Shown: positions 40,405 through 50,445 of the stretch, piece by piece
Layout: each line of letters opens with the position of its first letter
Position numbering within the stretch: the first letter of the stretch is position 1
Assembly: GCA_965205855.1 (NCBI GenBank)
Contig: OZ242184.1
Location: 576,001 to 640,000 of the forward strand
Source: Thermodesulfobacteriota bacterium
Lineage (GTDB): Bacteria > Desulfobacterota_D > UBA1144 > Nemesobacterales > Mycalebacteriaceae
Direction: 5' to 3'
Length of the DNA stretch: 64,000 bases
Program-made: the position numbers and the translations under genes
Notes under the pieces: generated by a model
Seen by the model: only the letters and a program-made list of their open reading frames with translations
The model's database searches: none
Told to the model about the DNA's origin: nothing

Positions 40405-41853
40405 TCAGAAGCGGATTTGAATTCCCGCAATAACGGATTTTGACAACGATTTGCTGTCATCTCCTAGCACGGGTATCTGCAAAGCCAGCGACGGGGACAC
40501 AAATTTTCCGAAACGTATTCCCGAAGTGAAGTACAGGTTGTTTTTCCTTCCGTTTTTCAATGACAGAAAGCGGTTTCCCGTAATTTCCACTGATACTTTC
40601 GCCGCTACGTTGACGGGAAGGGAAAGACCGAGTGCGGCGCCGTATTTCAGTATTTTTTCCGATTTGTCCCCTTCAAACCCCGATGCTTTGCCGACAAAGG
40701 TGAATCCCGCAACGGTCTCAAGGGACAACGCTCCGATGTTTGCCATGCCCCCGATAAACGGCGTCAGGGCGTAGGAATCGGTCAGATAGACCGGAAGGTC
40801 GCGTCTGTACAGCGAGGTTATTTCTCTGAGCCGTTTCACGTTGTCCTTGTATATTGTCGGCAGGTGGGATTCAAAACCCAGAGAGACTTTGTATGAAGGC
40901 GTCTCCGCGACAACGATTTTGCCTCCGAGTCGGAAATTTGAGAGCTCGTAGCCGTCTCGCGGGTTCCGGTCCGGGAGGTTGTTCACTCCGGACTGGTTGA
41001 AAATGATATAAAGACTTTTTCCGTAGTCCGCCGTGGGCAGCTCAAACCTCAGGTCGTAAAGAATAATCTGCCCGCTTCCACCTTTGGTATCGGCAACCTC
41101 GAGGTGCGCTCCCGCATATCCATTTGGAAAAGCAGAGTAGAAAGAATGAGGTGAGTTGTGTTCAATGGAGGAGTTTTTCCAGGGAACATGCGATATGTCA
41201 AAACTCTGTGTGTATTCAAAAATTCCCTGAATGGGATTTATAAGCGCGACCCTGCCGTCTTTGACAAAGTTTCTCATGGGATTGACCAGATGTGCAAGAA
41301 AGGTTGTTGCCGGGTTGTTAACTTCAATCAGCGTATTTGACAGATTTTCCGCGACAACGCCGAAAACAACTCCAAAACCCGGAGTGGAAAGAAGGTCGGT
41401 AAGAGAAGGAGTCTCCACAAGTCCCTCAACCGTGTATTCAAAAAGAGAGCTCTGAAGCGCCGATCCCAGCGCCGACCCCCAAAATCCGTAGCCCATTTCC
41501 CTGTAATACAGATAAGACACATATCCAGCAAACGGATGCACCACGTAGTTTGTGAAAAATTCATCACCATCGTCCTTTACCGGAGCCTGAGATATGTTGT
41601 CCCACCACCGGGACAGTGAGGTGTCGAATATGCGTTCATTTTTATTGCGCACGTAGAAAAACCTGAAACCCCATATTGAACCGTAGTAGATGGCGCTGTC
41701 TTTAAGGAAGTCCGAGCTCGCAACGGGTTTGCGCACCTGTTGCGCGGAGGCTTCTCTGCCGGATTGTTCCGCCGCTGCGGGTAGGGCGCCAAGTGCGAGA
41801 ACCGCGAACAGCACGGCCGTAAGACTCTGTTTTCTACGGGTTTTTGATGCCAT
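40405..41853 (-). CDS. DUF3943-like exported/outer-membrane protein
   Basis: Signal peptide, D.D.F.TNY..HP.AG..Y...R, EY.VE...ETPS..DL..TP; C-terminal Phe (GIQIRF). Confidence 0.7.
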   Translation of the reverse strand: MASKTRRKQSLTAVLFAVLALGALPAAAEQSGREASAQQVRKPVASSDFLKDSAIYYGSIWGFRFFYVRNKNERIFDTSLSRWWDNISQAPVKDDGDEFFTNYVVHPFAGYVSYLYYREMGYGFWGSALGSALQSSLFEYTVEGLVETPSLTDLLSTPGFGVVFGVVAENLSNTLIEVNNPATTFLAHLVNPMRNFVKDGRVALINPIQGIFEYTQSFDISHVPWKNSSIEHNSPHSFYSAFPNGYAGAHLEVADTKGGSGQIILYDLRFELPTADYGKSLYIIFNQSGVNNLPDRNPRDGYELSNFRLGGKIVVAETPSYKVSLGFESHLPTIYKDNVKRLREITSLYRRDLPVYLTDSYALTPFIGGMANIGALSLETVAGFTFVGKASGFEGDKSEKILKYGAALGLSLPVNVAAKVSVEITGNRFLSLKNGRKNNLYFTSGIRFGKFVSPSLALQIPVLGDDSKSLSKSVIAGIQIRF

Positions 41854-43010
41854 TAAACTTTGTCCGAAACAAAGGAGAGGATTTGCAAAACCCTTTCCTC
41901 CCATGTGTATTTGCGGACTTCTTCCCTTGCACGCCGCGCAATCCTGCCGGAAAACTCCGCATCGCCGAGACAGCGGCGCATTGCTTTTGCGAGCCCCTCC
42001 CGGTCGCCGGGAGCCGCTATCACGGAATTTTCGCCGTCTTTTAGCACTTCAAGCACTGTCGAAATTCCCGTTGACACTATCGGTTTTCCGGCCGCCATAT
42101 ATTCAAACAGTTTCATTGGCGAGGTGAACTCCGCGGCTTTGGTTCCCCCTTTTATCGTTATCCGCTCCGTGTAGGGAAGCGTAAGAATATCGGCAGCTAG
42201 AAGATAAAGCGGAACTTGCGCGTGTGGGACAAAGCCCTTTACGACAAAGTTTTCAAGGCCCTTCTTTTTTGCGGCTTCAATATATGGCGCGTTGTCAGCT
42301 TCCAGTCCACCGACAACAAGAAAGACCGCGTCTTTTATCTCTTCCGCAGTTTCCACAAGGCTCTCAATTCCTCTGCCGGCATAGGTGTTTCCGCAATAAC
42401 AGATAATCGGCCTGTCCGAGGGGAGCCCGAGTTGTTTTCTTATCTCCCGCGGCGAAGGCCGGTTGTTGAAGTCCTCTGTCTCAACCCCGTTGTGAGCCAC
42501 AACGGTTTTTGCCCTGTCAAGCCCGTTTCTGAGATATATACCGCGCAACCCCTCGGTGTTGAACGAGACCGCAGCCAGAGAGCGGGAGTTCTGAAATGAT
42601 TGAAAAAACTTCCGCGTCGCCGGGTTTACGGGTGGATGGTGAGCGTCGTAAACGGTCGGAAACCCTCCGGCCCTTGTGAGGATTGACGCGCAAATTATGT
42701 TTCGAGTCAGAACGAGGTCAAATTTTCTTTTGTTCAAAAGCGCGTACAACGCCGAGGAAACACCGTGAGTGAGCTGTCTTCCCTTGTACTTGGTAAAAGG
42801 CAGGGATGTGAGACGGAAAGGTTTTTTCACCGCGTAGTATTCAAAAATATCCTCGCATGCGAATCGTCCCGGAACCACGGCTTCAAACTCGATGCCGAGC
42901 TTGTCCATCGCTTTGCACATCTCCACCGCGTGCACGGCATAAGCTCCTTTGGAAAAAAACTCAGGGCTCGCTATGTAGCAGATTCGCAGTGACTTAGGGT
43001 TTGCCCGCAT
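41853..43010 (-). CDS. Glycosyltransferase family 4
   Basis: HNGV, SPMKLFEYMAAGKPIV, YTWE.R. Confidence 0.92.
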   Translation of the reverse strand: MRANPKSLRICYIASPEFFSKGAYAVHAVEMCKAMDKLGIEFEAVVPGRFACEDIFEYYAVKKPFRLTSLPFTKYKGRQLTHGVSSALYALLNKRKFDLVLTRNIICASILTRAGGFPTVYDAHHPPVNPATRKFFQSFQNSRSLAAVSFNTEGLRGIYLRNGLDRAKTVVAHNGVETEDFNNRPSPREIRKQLGLPSDRPIICYCGNTYAGRGIESLVETAEEIKDAVFLVVGGLEADNAPYIEAAKKKGLENFVVKGFVPHAQVPLYLLAADILTLPYTERITIKGGTKAAEFTSPMKLFEYMAAGKPIVSTGISTVLEVLKDGENSVIAAPGDREGLAKAMRRCLGDAEFSGRIARRAREEVRKYTWEERVLQILSFVSDKV

Positions 43011-43031
43011 TGAAGGAGAAACAACGGAAAA

Positions 43032-43061
43032 TTGGAAGCAACACTATTTTACCGCTATAAT
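43032..43061 (+). promoter_or_regulatory. Putative sigma70 promoter of hisS
   Basis: TTGGAA-N18-TATAAT. Confidence 0.45.
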
Positions 43062-43104
43062 CAGGGACGGTCAAACCGCCCTTTTTTCAGTTCCGTATCG
43101 GCAA

Positions 43105-44400
43105 ATGTCCAAAACCGGCGTTAAATCAATAAGAGGCTTCGCTGATATCCTTCCGGAGCATTCCCGGCTGTGGAATTTTACGGAACAGACCGCCGCCAGG
43201 GTGTTTGCTTTTTACGGGTTCTCTCAAATAAGAACCCCCGTTCTGGAATTTACGGACATATACGCAAGGGGGATTGGCGCATCCACCGAGATTGTGGAAA
43301 AGGAGATGTATTCGTTTCAGGACAGAGATGGGTCTGATATCACTCTCCGCCCCGAAGGCACCGCCGGGGTTGTCAGGTCGTTTGTTGAAAACTCCATGCA
43401 CAAATCCGCTCAAATTCAAAAGCTTTACTATTCGGGCGAAATGTTCAGGCACGAAAGGCCCCAGAAGGGGAGAATGAGAGGATTTCATCAGATTGGTGCC
43501 GAGTTTTTCGGCTCGGATTCGGCTTCGGCGGACTGTGAAATGATAACAATGCTCTGGCATTTTTTCACAGAAGCGGGCCTTGCAGACAGTGTGGAGATGG
43601 AGATAAACTCCATTGGAACACCGGATGACAGAGACGATTTCAATCGTGCCCTCGGAGATTTTTTGAAACCGTTTCTCGGCCAGCTTTGTGATGATTGCGT
43701 AAGAAGGGCGAGGCGTAATCCCCTCAGGGTGATTGACTGTAAAAAACCCGATTGCGCGGAGATTGTTAAGAACGCTCCCGTGATGTCGGAATTTCTTTCC
43801 CCTGAAAACTCCCGCCATTTTGAGGAAGTCAAAAGACTGCTCGGGAAGGTTTCGGTTCCCTTCAAGGTTAATGCAAAGATAGTCAGAGGTCTGGACTATT
43901 ACACGCGCACGGTTTTTGAGGTGAAGGCAAAGAAAGGGCTCGGAGCTCAGAACGCGGTCGCCGCCGGAGGAAGATACGACCTTTTGGTCGAGGCTTTTGG
44001 AGGCCCTCCCACACCGGCGACCGGTTTTGCCATCGGGGTTGAGAGAGTGGTTCTTTTGTTTGAGAACAACAGAATCCGGCGCGGGCCGGACTGTACCGAA
44101 GTATTTGCGGGATGGATAGGCGAGGGTTGCTTTGACGAAACGTTTGCACTGTCGGCGAGGTTGAGAAAGCGCGGAATAGGGGTATGGATTGAACATTCCG
44201 GTTCCGGAATAAAAAGCCAGATGAAAAAGGCGGACAAATCAGGCGCGCGTACTATGGTGATAATAGGGCCGAACGAGATGAGCCGCGGGGTGGTGAAGAT
44301 AAGGGATATGAAAACCGGCGGCGAGAGGGATTTGCCCGCCTCTTCAGCCGCGGAAGAAATTGTCCGAACCATTGAGTACGCCCGCGGGACAGTTCAGTGA
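43105..44400 (+). CDS. hisS: Histidine-tRNA ligase
   Basis: LRPEGTA, FRHERPQKGR, VRGLDYY, GGRYD. Confidence 0.97.
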   Translation: MSKTGVKSIRGFADILPEHSRLWNFTEQTAARVFAFYGFSQIRTPVLEFTDIYARGIGASTEIVEKEMYSFQDRDGSDITLRPEGTAGVVRSFVENSMHKSAQIQKLYYSGEMFRHERPQKGRMRGFHQIGAEFFGSDSASADCEMITMLWHFFTEAGLADSVEMEINSIGTPDDRDDFNRALGDFLKPFLGQLCDDCVRRARRNPLRVIDCKKPDCAEIVKNAPVMSEFLSPENSRHFEEVKRLLGKVSVPFKVNAKIVRGLDYYTRTVFEVKAKKGLGAQNAVAAGGRYDLLVEAFGGPPTPATGFAIGVERVVLLFENNRIRRGPDCTEVFAGWIGEGCFDETFALSARLRKRGIGVWIEHSGSGIKSQMKKADKSGARTMVIIGPNEMSRGVVKIRDMKTGGERDLPASSAAEEIVRTIEYARGTVQ

Positions 44401-45635
44401 TTGGCCGCAACATTCATTACGGATGGGTTATTGTCGCGGCCGCGTTCTGCCTTATATTTCTTGACGGTCTTCTCCTTTATACCTTTGGCATTTTCAAACC
44501 GCATGTAAGAGAGAGTGTGAAACTTTCGGAGACGGTTGTGGCGTCAATTTTTTCATTGCGTTGCATTACTCTGGCCTTCTCAATGCCCCTTGCCGGAAAA
44601 CTCGCCGAGAGATATGAGCCCAAGTGGCTGATTGTTGCGGGCGGGGCGCTTGCGGCCACCGGGGTTTTTCTTGCCGGGCGCGCGGATACAATCACGGAGC
44701 TTTATATTTTCTTCGGAGTTATGGTGGGGCTTGGAGACGGCGCGTTCTACACGCTTCCGGTCGCGATAATAAGCAGATGGTTTAAAAAAAACAGGGCTCT
44801 TGCCATAGGCATAGCCACAACGGGTCTTCCCGTGAGCGGGCTGATACTCTCGCCTTTGAGCGCGTGGCTTATCTATTCCTACGGACTTCAGAGCGCTTTT
44901 TCCTCAATTGCCATAATGATATTCGCCATATCGCTTTTCGGTTTTCTTCTCAGGAAAGACCCGGCGGAAATCGGACAGGTCCCCATTGGCGCCGATTCAG
45001 GAGAAATTCCCGGCGATGCTTCGGTCGCAATCAGTGTGAAAGCGCTTGACGCAATACGCCACCGCGACTTCTGGATGTTGTATATGATTTTCTGGGCGGG
45101 TTTTAACACTTTCCTGATAGTGGTTGTCAACCTCTATCATTTCTCAGTGGATTCGGGTCTCAGCACTGTGGCGGCGGCTATTCCTCCCGCCTTAATCGGG
45201 GTGGGCAGTATATTCGGACGCATATTTTTTTCGGGATATGTTCTGAGGTTTTTCAATGAGCAAAAAGTTTTGCGTATCTGTTATTTTTTTCAGGCGTCCA
45301 CAATTCTGCTGATTCTGTTTTTCGGCGGCACGTGGGCTTTTTACCTGTTCGGTTTTCTGTTCGGTTTTTTCTACAGCGGCTGGGTTCCAATCTTTCCGAT
45401 AATTCTTGCAAACCTCTACGGGCTCAGGGAACTCGGAACCATATTCGGTTTTTTCGGTAGCGGTTTTTCACTTGCCGCGCTTACAGGGCCCATAATTGTC
45501 GGAACTCTTCTGGATAGCACCGGAAGTTACACTATAATGTTCGCTGTTGCGGCGATTTTCTGTCTGTGCGCGACCGCAATGACCTTTCTTATGAAACCCT
45601 CGCCGGGGAGAGTCTCAAGCGAGGTTGGAACCTGA
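44397..45635 (+). CDS. MFS transporter (OFA/MCT-like)
   Basis: HYGW, RWF.K.RALA.GI, about 12 TM segments. Confidence 0.9.
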   Translation: MIGRNIHYGWVIVAAAFCLIFLDGLLLYTFGIFKPHVRESVKLSETVVASIFSLRCITLAFSMPLAGKLAERYEPKWLIVAGGALAATGVFLAGRADTITELYIFFGVMVGLGDGAFYTLPVAIISRWFKKNRALAIGIATTGLPVSGLILSPLSAWLIYSYGLQSAFSSIAIMIFAISLFGFLLRKDPAEIGQVPIGADSGEIPGDASVAISVKALDAIRHRDFWMLYMIFWAGFNTFLIVVVNLYHFSVDSGLSTVAAAIPPALIGVGSIFGRIFFSGYVLRFFNEQKVLRICYFFQASTILLILFFGGTWAFYLFGFLFGFFYSGWVPIFPIILANLYGLRELGTIFGFFGSGFSLAALTGPIIVGTLLDSTGSYTIMFAVAAIFCLCATAMTFLMKPSPGRVSSEVGT

Positions 45636-45636
45636 T

Positions 45637-45858
45637 ATGTTCGGCATAGGCGTAGGGGAAATACTCATAGTTTGTCTGGTCGCAATTGTGTTTTTCGGGC
45701 CGGACGATTTTGTTAAACTGACGCGCTTTGCCGCCAAAGGGCTTAGGGAATTCAGGGTTCTCAAACAGGATTTGAAAGACAGCGTTGACAGAACTCTCGA
45801 CACCGATGCGCGGCGTGGAAAAGCGAAACCCGACAGCGAAGGCGGAGACAACTCATAG
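45637..45858 (+). CDS. TatA/TatB-family translocase subunit
   Basis: MFGIG..E...VA..FFGP followed by an amphipathic helix. Confidence 0.85.
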   Translation: MFGIGVGEILIVCLVAIVFFGPDDFVKLTRFAAKGLREFRVLKQDLKDSVDRTLDTDARRGKAKPDSEGGDNS

Positions 45859-45988
45859 CTTCCGCCATGAACGGAAAGCGCCAGTTTGCGTATTCGTCTC
45901 TTTCTGATACATTTGAACCCGTGCGTTTTTCCGTGTGGAAAAAACTTCTTTTTCTCTCCATTCTTCCGGTTGGTGAAAGTTATTAACG

Positions 45989-47599
45989 ATGCCCAGATTT
46001 GTCATTGACGGCAAGGAAACAGAGGTTGAAGAAGGCATTAACCTGATTGACGCCGCCGAGCGAATCGGTGTGCAGATACCGCATTTCTGTTACCATCCCG
46101 CGCTCAGTACGGTTGCCCAGTGCAGGCAGTGTCTTGTGGAAATAAAGGGCATTCCCAAGGTTATGCCGGCGTGCAATACCTTTCCTCTGGACGGGATGAA
46201 GGTTTACACAAATTCCGAAAAAGCCGTTGCCGCCCGGCGCGCGACCGTTGAGTTCACCCTTATAAACCATCCGCTTGACTGCCCTATTTGCGACAAAGGG
46301 GGAGAATGTCCGCTTCAGATGACCGCGGTTGCTCATGGCAGGCATTACGGCAGGGTTGAATCGCCCGAGCAGAAAAAGGTCAGGAAAAAATACTATCTCG
46401 GAGAGAAAATAGTTTACGACCCCAACCGTTGCATAATGTGCACAAGGTGTGTGCGCTTTACGGACGAAGTTACGAAAACCGGCGAACTCGGTTTTGACAA
46501 CAGGGGCTTTCGCAAAAAAATAGCGGTTTTTCCCGGCAGAGAACTCAACAACGAGATGTCTGGCAATGTAATAGATTTGTGTCCCGTCGGCGCTCTGCTT
46601 TCCTCGGAAACTCTTCACAGAGAGAGAGTCTGGTATATGAAGTTTACCGACACCGTTTGCCCTCTTTGCAGCAACGGTTGCAACATAACGGTTGGTGCGA
46701 ATCTGCGCGAGGGAAGAATGATGAGGGTGCGTCCCAGAATCAACAAGGAAGTCAACGGACACTGGATATGCGACAGGGGCAGATTTGAGTTCGGCGATAT
46801 CCAGACACCGGAGAAAAGACTCACGCAGCCCATAAAAAAAGACGGGGACGGGGGATACCGGCACACCTCATGGGAAGAAGCCGCCGGGGATTTCCGCGCC
46901 GCTTTCGGCGAGGTGGTAAACTCTCCGGCTTTTGCCTGCTCCGCCATACTTACAAACGAGGAGTTGTATCTTCTTTTGAAATTGTCCGAAACCTTCGGCG
47001 CCTCAAATTTTATCTGTAAAACGGCCTCGCACGAAAGTGAGAAGAAATTCGGCCTTATCAGTTCCGACCCGTTTCCCAATAGTGCCGGCGCCGGAGATTT
47101 GGGAATCAAATCCGGTGCGGATGAGATTGAAAAATTTATGGACGACCTTATTTCGGGAAAGACGGATTCAATGTTTGTCGCTCACCAAGACATATTCCGG
47201 TTCGGCTCAAAGCATTCGGAGAGCGAGATAGCGCAAGCGCTTTCGCGCCTGAAATTTCTCGCCGTAATGGACACCCGCCTTACACCCACGGCACGGTTTG
47301 CCCGGCTCATACTTCCAGGCGCTACCCCGTATGAGAAAGATGGAACCTTTACAAATGACCGGGGCAGGGTTCAGAGAATCAGAAAAGCCCTTGACCCGCC
47401 GGGGGAGGCGAAGCAGGATTGGGAGGCGTTGAGACTTCTCGGCGGCTCAAAGCCGGAGCAGTTCTTCTACACATCTCCGGCGGAGATAATGGGAGAGATT
47501 TCAACAAAATTCAAGCCGTATGAATCAATGGACTACGATTTGATAGATTTTCTCGGTATTGGAAGGAAGGGCGATGTCCCCGGACAGTCAGCTTTTTGA
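45989..47599 (+). CDS. nuoG: NADH-quinone oxidoreductase subunit G (short form)
   Basis: IPHFCYH, CRQCLV, HPLDCPICDKGGEC, CIMCTRC, DLCPVGAL, CPLCSNGC..CDRGRF. Confidence 0.88.
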   Translation: MPRFVIDGKETEVEEGINLIDAAERIGVQIPHFCYHPALSTVAQCRQCLVEIKGIPKVMPACNTFPLDGMKVYTNSEKAVAARRATVEFTLINHPLDCPICDKGGECPLQMTAVAHGRHYGRVESPEQKKVRKKYYLGEKIVYDPNRCIMCTRCVRFTDEVTKTGELGFDNRGFRKKIAVFPGRELNNEMSGNVIDLCPVGALLSSETLHRERVWYMKFTDTVCPLCSNGCNITVGANLREGRMMRVRPRINKEVNGHWICDRGRFEFGDIQTPEKRLTQPIKKDGDGGYRHTSWEEAAGDFRAAFGEVVNSPAFACSAILTNEELYLLLKLSETFGASNFICKTASHESEKKFGLISSDPFPNSAGAGDLGIKSGADEIEKFMDDLISGKTDSMFVAHQDIFRFGSKHSESEIAQALSRLKFLAVMDTRLTPTARFARLILPGATPYEKDGTFTNDRGRVQRIRKALDPPGEAKQDWEALRLLGGSKPEQFFYTSPAEIMGEISTKFKPYESMDYDLIDFLGIGRKGDVPGQSAF

Positions 47600-48635
47600 G
47601 TGGGCGGTTGCCGCCGTTAAGTCGGGCATTCTTCTTGGCGCGGTGCTGACAGCGGTTGCCTACCTTACTTACGCCGAAAGGCGGGTGAGCGCGCTTATCC
47701 AATACAGGCTCGGCCCCAACAGGGTGGGTCCATTCGGTCTGTTGCAGCCCCTTGCGGACGGAATCAAGTTTATATTCAAAGAGGACATCGTTCCTGCCGG
47801 AGCGAATAAGACCATCTATTCCATCGCCCCGGCTTTTTCTTTGGTTACCGCACTTGCCGCGCTTGCGGTGATACCGATAGGGCGGGGTTTTGAGACCGAT
47901 TTGATGGGTTTTCTAAGCACTCCGGCCTTTATAAGTTTTCAGATTGCGGACATAGACGCCGGTGTTCTGTATGTATTCGCCGTCGGTTCGCTCAGTGTGT
48001 ATGGGGTGATACTGGGTGGATGGGCTTCAAACAGCAAATACTCGCTTATCGGCGGCATCAGGGGAATCGCGCAGATGATCAGTTACGAGCTTTCCCTCGG
48101 TCTTTCCGTTATCGGGGTTTTTATGCTTGTCGGTTCGCTCAGGATAAACGACATAGTTGAGTATCAAAGTAGCGTCTGGCTGATTTTCCCTCAGTTTGTT
48201 GGTTTTATTGTTTTTCTCATTTCTTCTTTTGCCGAGACAAACCGGCTTCCTTTTGACCTTCCCGAAGCCGAGACGGAGATTGTGGGCGGTTATCACACCG
48301 AATACAGCGGGATGAAGTTCGCGATGTTTTTCATGGCGGAATACACTCATATGATAGTCGCATCGTGCCTAATAACCGCTCTTTATCTGGGCGGTTGGTA
48401 TCCTCTTCCGTTTGTGGGATGGGGCGGGATTGACATTGACACGCATTGGTATCTGCCGCCGGTTGTTTTTCTCGGCAAAGTCGCGGCGGTGCTTTTTTTC
48501 TTTATTTGGGTAAGGTGGATGCTTCCGAGACTCAGATCGGATCAGGTTATGAAATTCGGCTGGAAGGTGCTTCTGCCGCTTTCAGTCGCCAACATAGCAG
48601 CAACGGCTGTGTTTGAGGCTTTTAGAAACGGGTGA
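47574..48635 (+). CDS. nuoH: NADH-quinone oxidoreductase subunit H
   Basis: R.GPNRVGP.GLLQP.ADG.K, QMISYE, NRLPFDLPEAE, EYSGMKF. Confidence 0.96.
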   Translation: MSPDSQLFEWAVAAVKSGILLGAVLTAVAYLTYAERRVSALIQYRLGPNRVGPFGLLQPLADGIKFIFKEDIVPAGANKTIYSIAPAFSLVTALAALAVIPIGRGFETDLMGFLSTPAFISFQIADIDAGVLYVFAVGSLSVYGVILGGWASNSKYSLIGGIRGIAQMISYELSLGLSVIGVFMLVGSLRINDIVEYQSSVWLIFPQFVGFIVFLISSFAETNRLPFDLPEAETEIVGGYHTEYSGMKFAMFFMAEYTHMIVASCLITALYLGGWYPLPFVGWGGIDIDTHWYLPPVVFLGKVAAVLFFFIWVRWMLPRLRSDQVMKFGWKVLLPLSVANIAATAVFEAFRNG

Positions 48636-49582
48636 AAAAAATTGCTGTAATCGGTGCGGGCGCAGTCGGGCTTTACTACGGCGCACGTCTTGCGCAAGCC
48701 GGGCACGAAGTCCATTTCCTTATGCGGCGCGATTTTGACACCGCCGTGAAAAACGGTCTGTCTGTTGAGAGCAAAGACGGGGATTTTAGAATAGACAAAC
48801 CGCTTGTCCATCGCACAAGCCGGGAAATCGGCGAGGTTGATTGGGTTGTTTGTGCTTTGAAGTCAACTGCCGCGGAGTCTGCCCGCGAGCTTGTGGAGCC
48901 GGTCGCAGGCAGCCGCGGGCGTCTGCTTGTTTTTATGAACGGCATAGGTCTTGAGGAGCGTTTTTCAAAATGGTTTCCCGCCGAAAGAATATTTACGGCA
49001 ATCGCGTTTACATGCATAAACAGGGGCGAGCCGGGAACTGTCCGCCACTTGGACTACGGAGCTGTTACGGTCGGGCATTTTCTCAATGAGGAGGAAAAAA
49101 TCAAAGAGGCGGCGGAGCTTTGGCGCGGGGCGAAGGTTACGGTCGGCGTAACCGGCAATTTTCTCAAAGACCGCTGGATAAAGCAGTGCTGGAATGTTCC
49201 GTTCAGCGGGCTTGGGGTTCTTTGCGGTGGCAAGACGACACGGTTTATTCTCGAGAACGCCGCGCTTCGCCGGCAGGTTGAGAGTATTCAGCGCGAGGTT
49301 GTTGAAACGGCAAACGCGGATTTGCGGTCGGCAGGGTTTGCGGAAACAATTGATGCAGATTTCACCGTGCGGGACATGATTGAAAAAACCGAGGAGATGG
49401 AAGACTACAGCTCAAGCACGATTCTGGATTTTCTCGCGGGCAGGCAAATGGAGATTGACGCGATATTTTCCGAAACCGCGCGGCGGGCCGAAAAACACGG
49501 CGTTGCCGCGCCGGGAATAAAGATGCTTGCCGCGCTTCTTGAATCTATTGAAAGCAAAAAAAAGGGAGTAATTACACAATGA
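48632..49582 (+). CDS. panE: 2-dehydropantoate 2-reductase
   Basis: IGAGAVG.YYG, NG.G.EE, W.K..WN, SS...D...GR.ME. Confidence 0.88.
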   Translation: MKKIAVIGAGAVGLYYGARLAQAGHEVHFLMRRDFDTAVKNGLSVESKDGDFRIDKPLVHRTSREIGEVDWVVCALKSTAAESARELVEPVAGSRGRLLVFMNGIGLEERFSKWFPAERIFTAIAFTCINRGEPGTVRHLDYGAVTVGHFLNEEEKIKEAAELWRGAKVTVGVTGNFLKDRWIKQCWNVPFSGLGVLCGGKTTRFILENAALRRQVESIQREVVETANADLRSAGFAETIDADFTVRDMIEKTEEMEDYSSSTILDFLAGRQMEIDAIFSETARRAEKHGVAAPGIKMLAALLESIESKKKGVITQ

Positions 49583-50307
49583 CGCAAAACATACAAAACA
49601 GGCTGATACTGGCTCTTGATTTTCCTTCAATAAGCACGGCTTCGGTTTTCGCGCTGGGTTGCATGGGAAAGGTCGGCGCTTACAAAGTCGGTCCCGTGAT
49701 TTTTTACGCGGAAGGTCCCAAGGTCATTGCTTGGCTTCAAGACAAATGTGGTGGTGGGGTTTTTCTTGACCTCAAGTTTCACGACATTCCCAGCACGGTC
49801 GCGGGCGCGGTTTCCCGCATATCGCGCCTTGGCGTTAATATGTTCACAGTCCATTCACTCGGGGGCGAAAAGATGATAAAAGCTGCGCTTGAGACGGCGC
49901 GCGAGGGAGCGGAGAAACTTGAATTGCGCAGGCCGAAAGTGATTGCCGTAACAGTTTTGACAAGCCACGATGAAAATGAGGCGAAAAAACTTTTCGGCGG
50001 GACGGATGTGGATTCCACAGTTCTCAAACTTGCCGAAACCGCCGAAAAAGGCGGCGCAGACGGGCTTGTGTGTTCGGGAAGGGAATTGCTTTTGTTGAAA
50101 AAAGAGTTTGGCGACAGGTTCAGATTTATTGTTCCCGGAGTGCGTCTTAAAAATTCGGATTCAAACGACCAGAGAAGGGTGGTAACGCCGAAAGAAGCGA
50201 TTGAAATGGGCGCGGATTATCTTGTGATTGGAAGAACGGTTACGCAGGCGGAGGATCCGGTGAAAGCGCTTGACAAAATTGGCGAAGAAATCGCTGGTAT
50301 GGGATGA
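49579..50307 (+). CDS. pyrF: Orotidine-5'-phosphate decarboxylase
   Basis: LALD, FLDLKFHDIP.T, PGVR, DQ.R..TP, GR. Confidence 0.96.
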   Translation: MTQNIQNRLILALDFPSISTASVFALGCMGKVGAYKVGPVIFYAEGPKVIAWLQDKCGGGVFLDLKFHDIPSTVAGAVSRISRLGVNMFTVHSLGGEKMIKAALETAREGAEKLELRRPKVIAVTVLTSHDENEAKKLFGGTDVDSTVLKLAETAEKGGADGLVCSGRELLLLKKEFGDRFRFIVPGVRLKNSDSNDQRRVVTPKEAIEMGADYLVIGRTVTQAEDPVKALDKIGEEIAGMG

Positions 50308-50445
50308 ACACAAATGGTTGAGCAAAATGCGCAAACAGTTAAAAGGGCAAGGGTTTGTAATACGGATTGGTGCCTCCGGAGCCCTTTCAGGACAGAGCTG
50401 TAAATTGACAAGGCTATCTTCCTTCTGAAAGAGCCTTTAGGCGCG

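Noticed and set aside
43126-44196. Long antisense ORFs (e.g. opposite hisS, nuoG, def, PfkB kinase, adhesin)
   Set aside because: Shadow frames of well-supported genes, with no recognisable motifs.
50410-50435. SRP RNA or SECIS element (GAAGGAAG..AGCC on the minus strand, just after a TGA)
   Set aside because: It lacks the CAGG side of the SRP symmetric loop, and readthrough of the TGA meets TAA two codons later.
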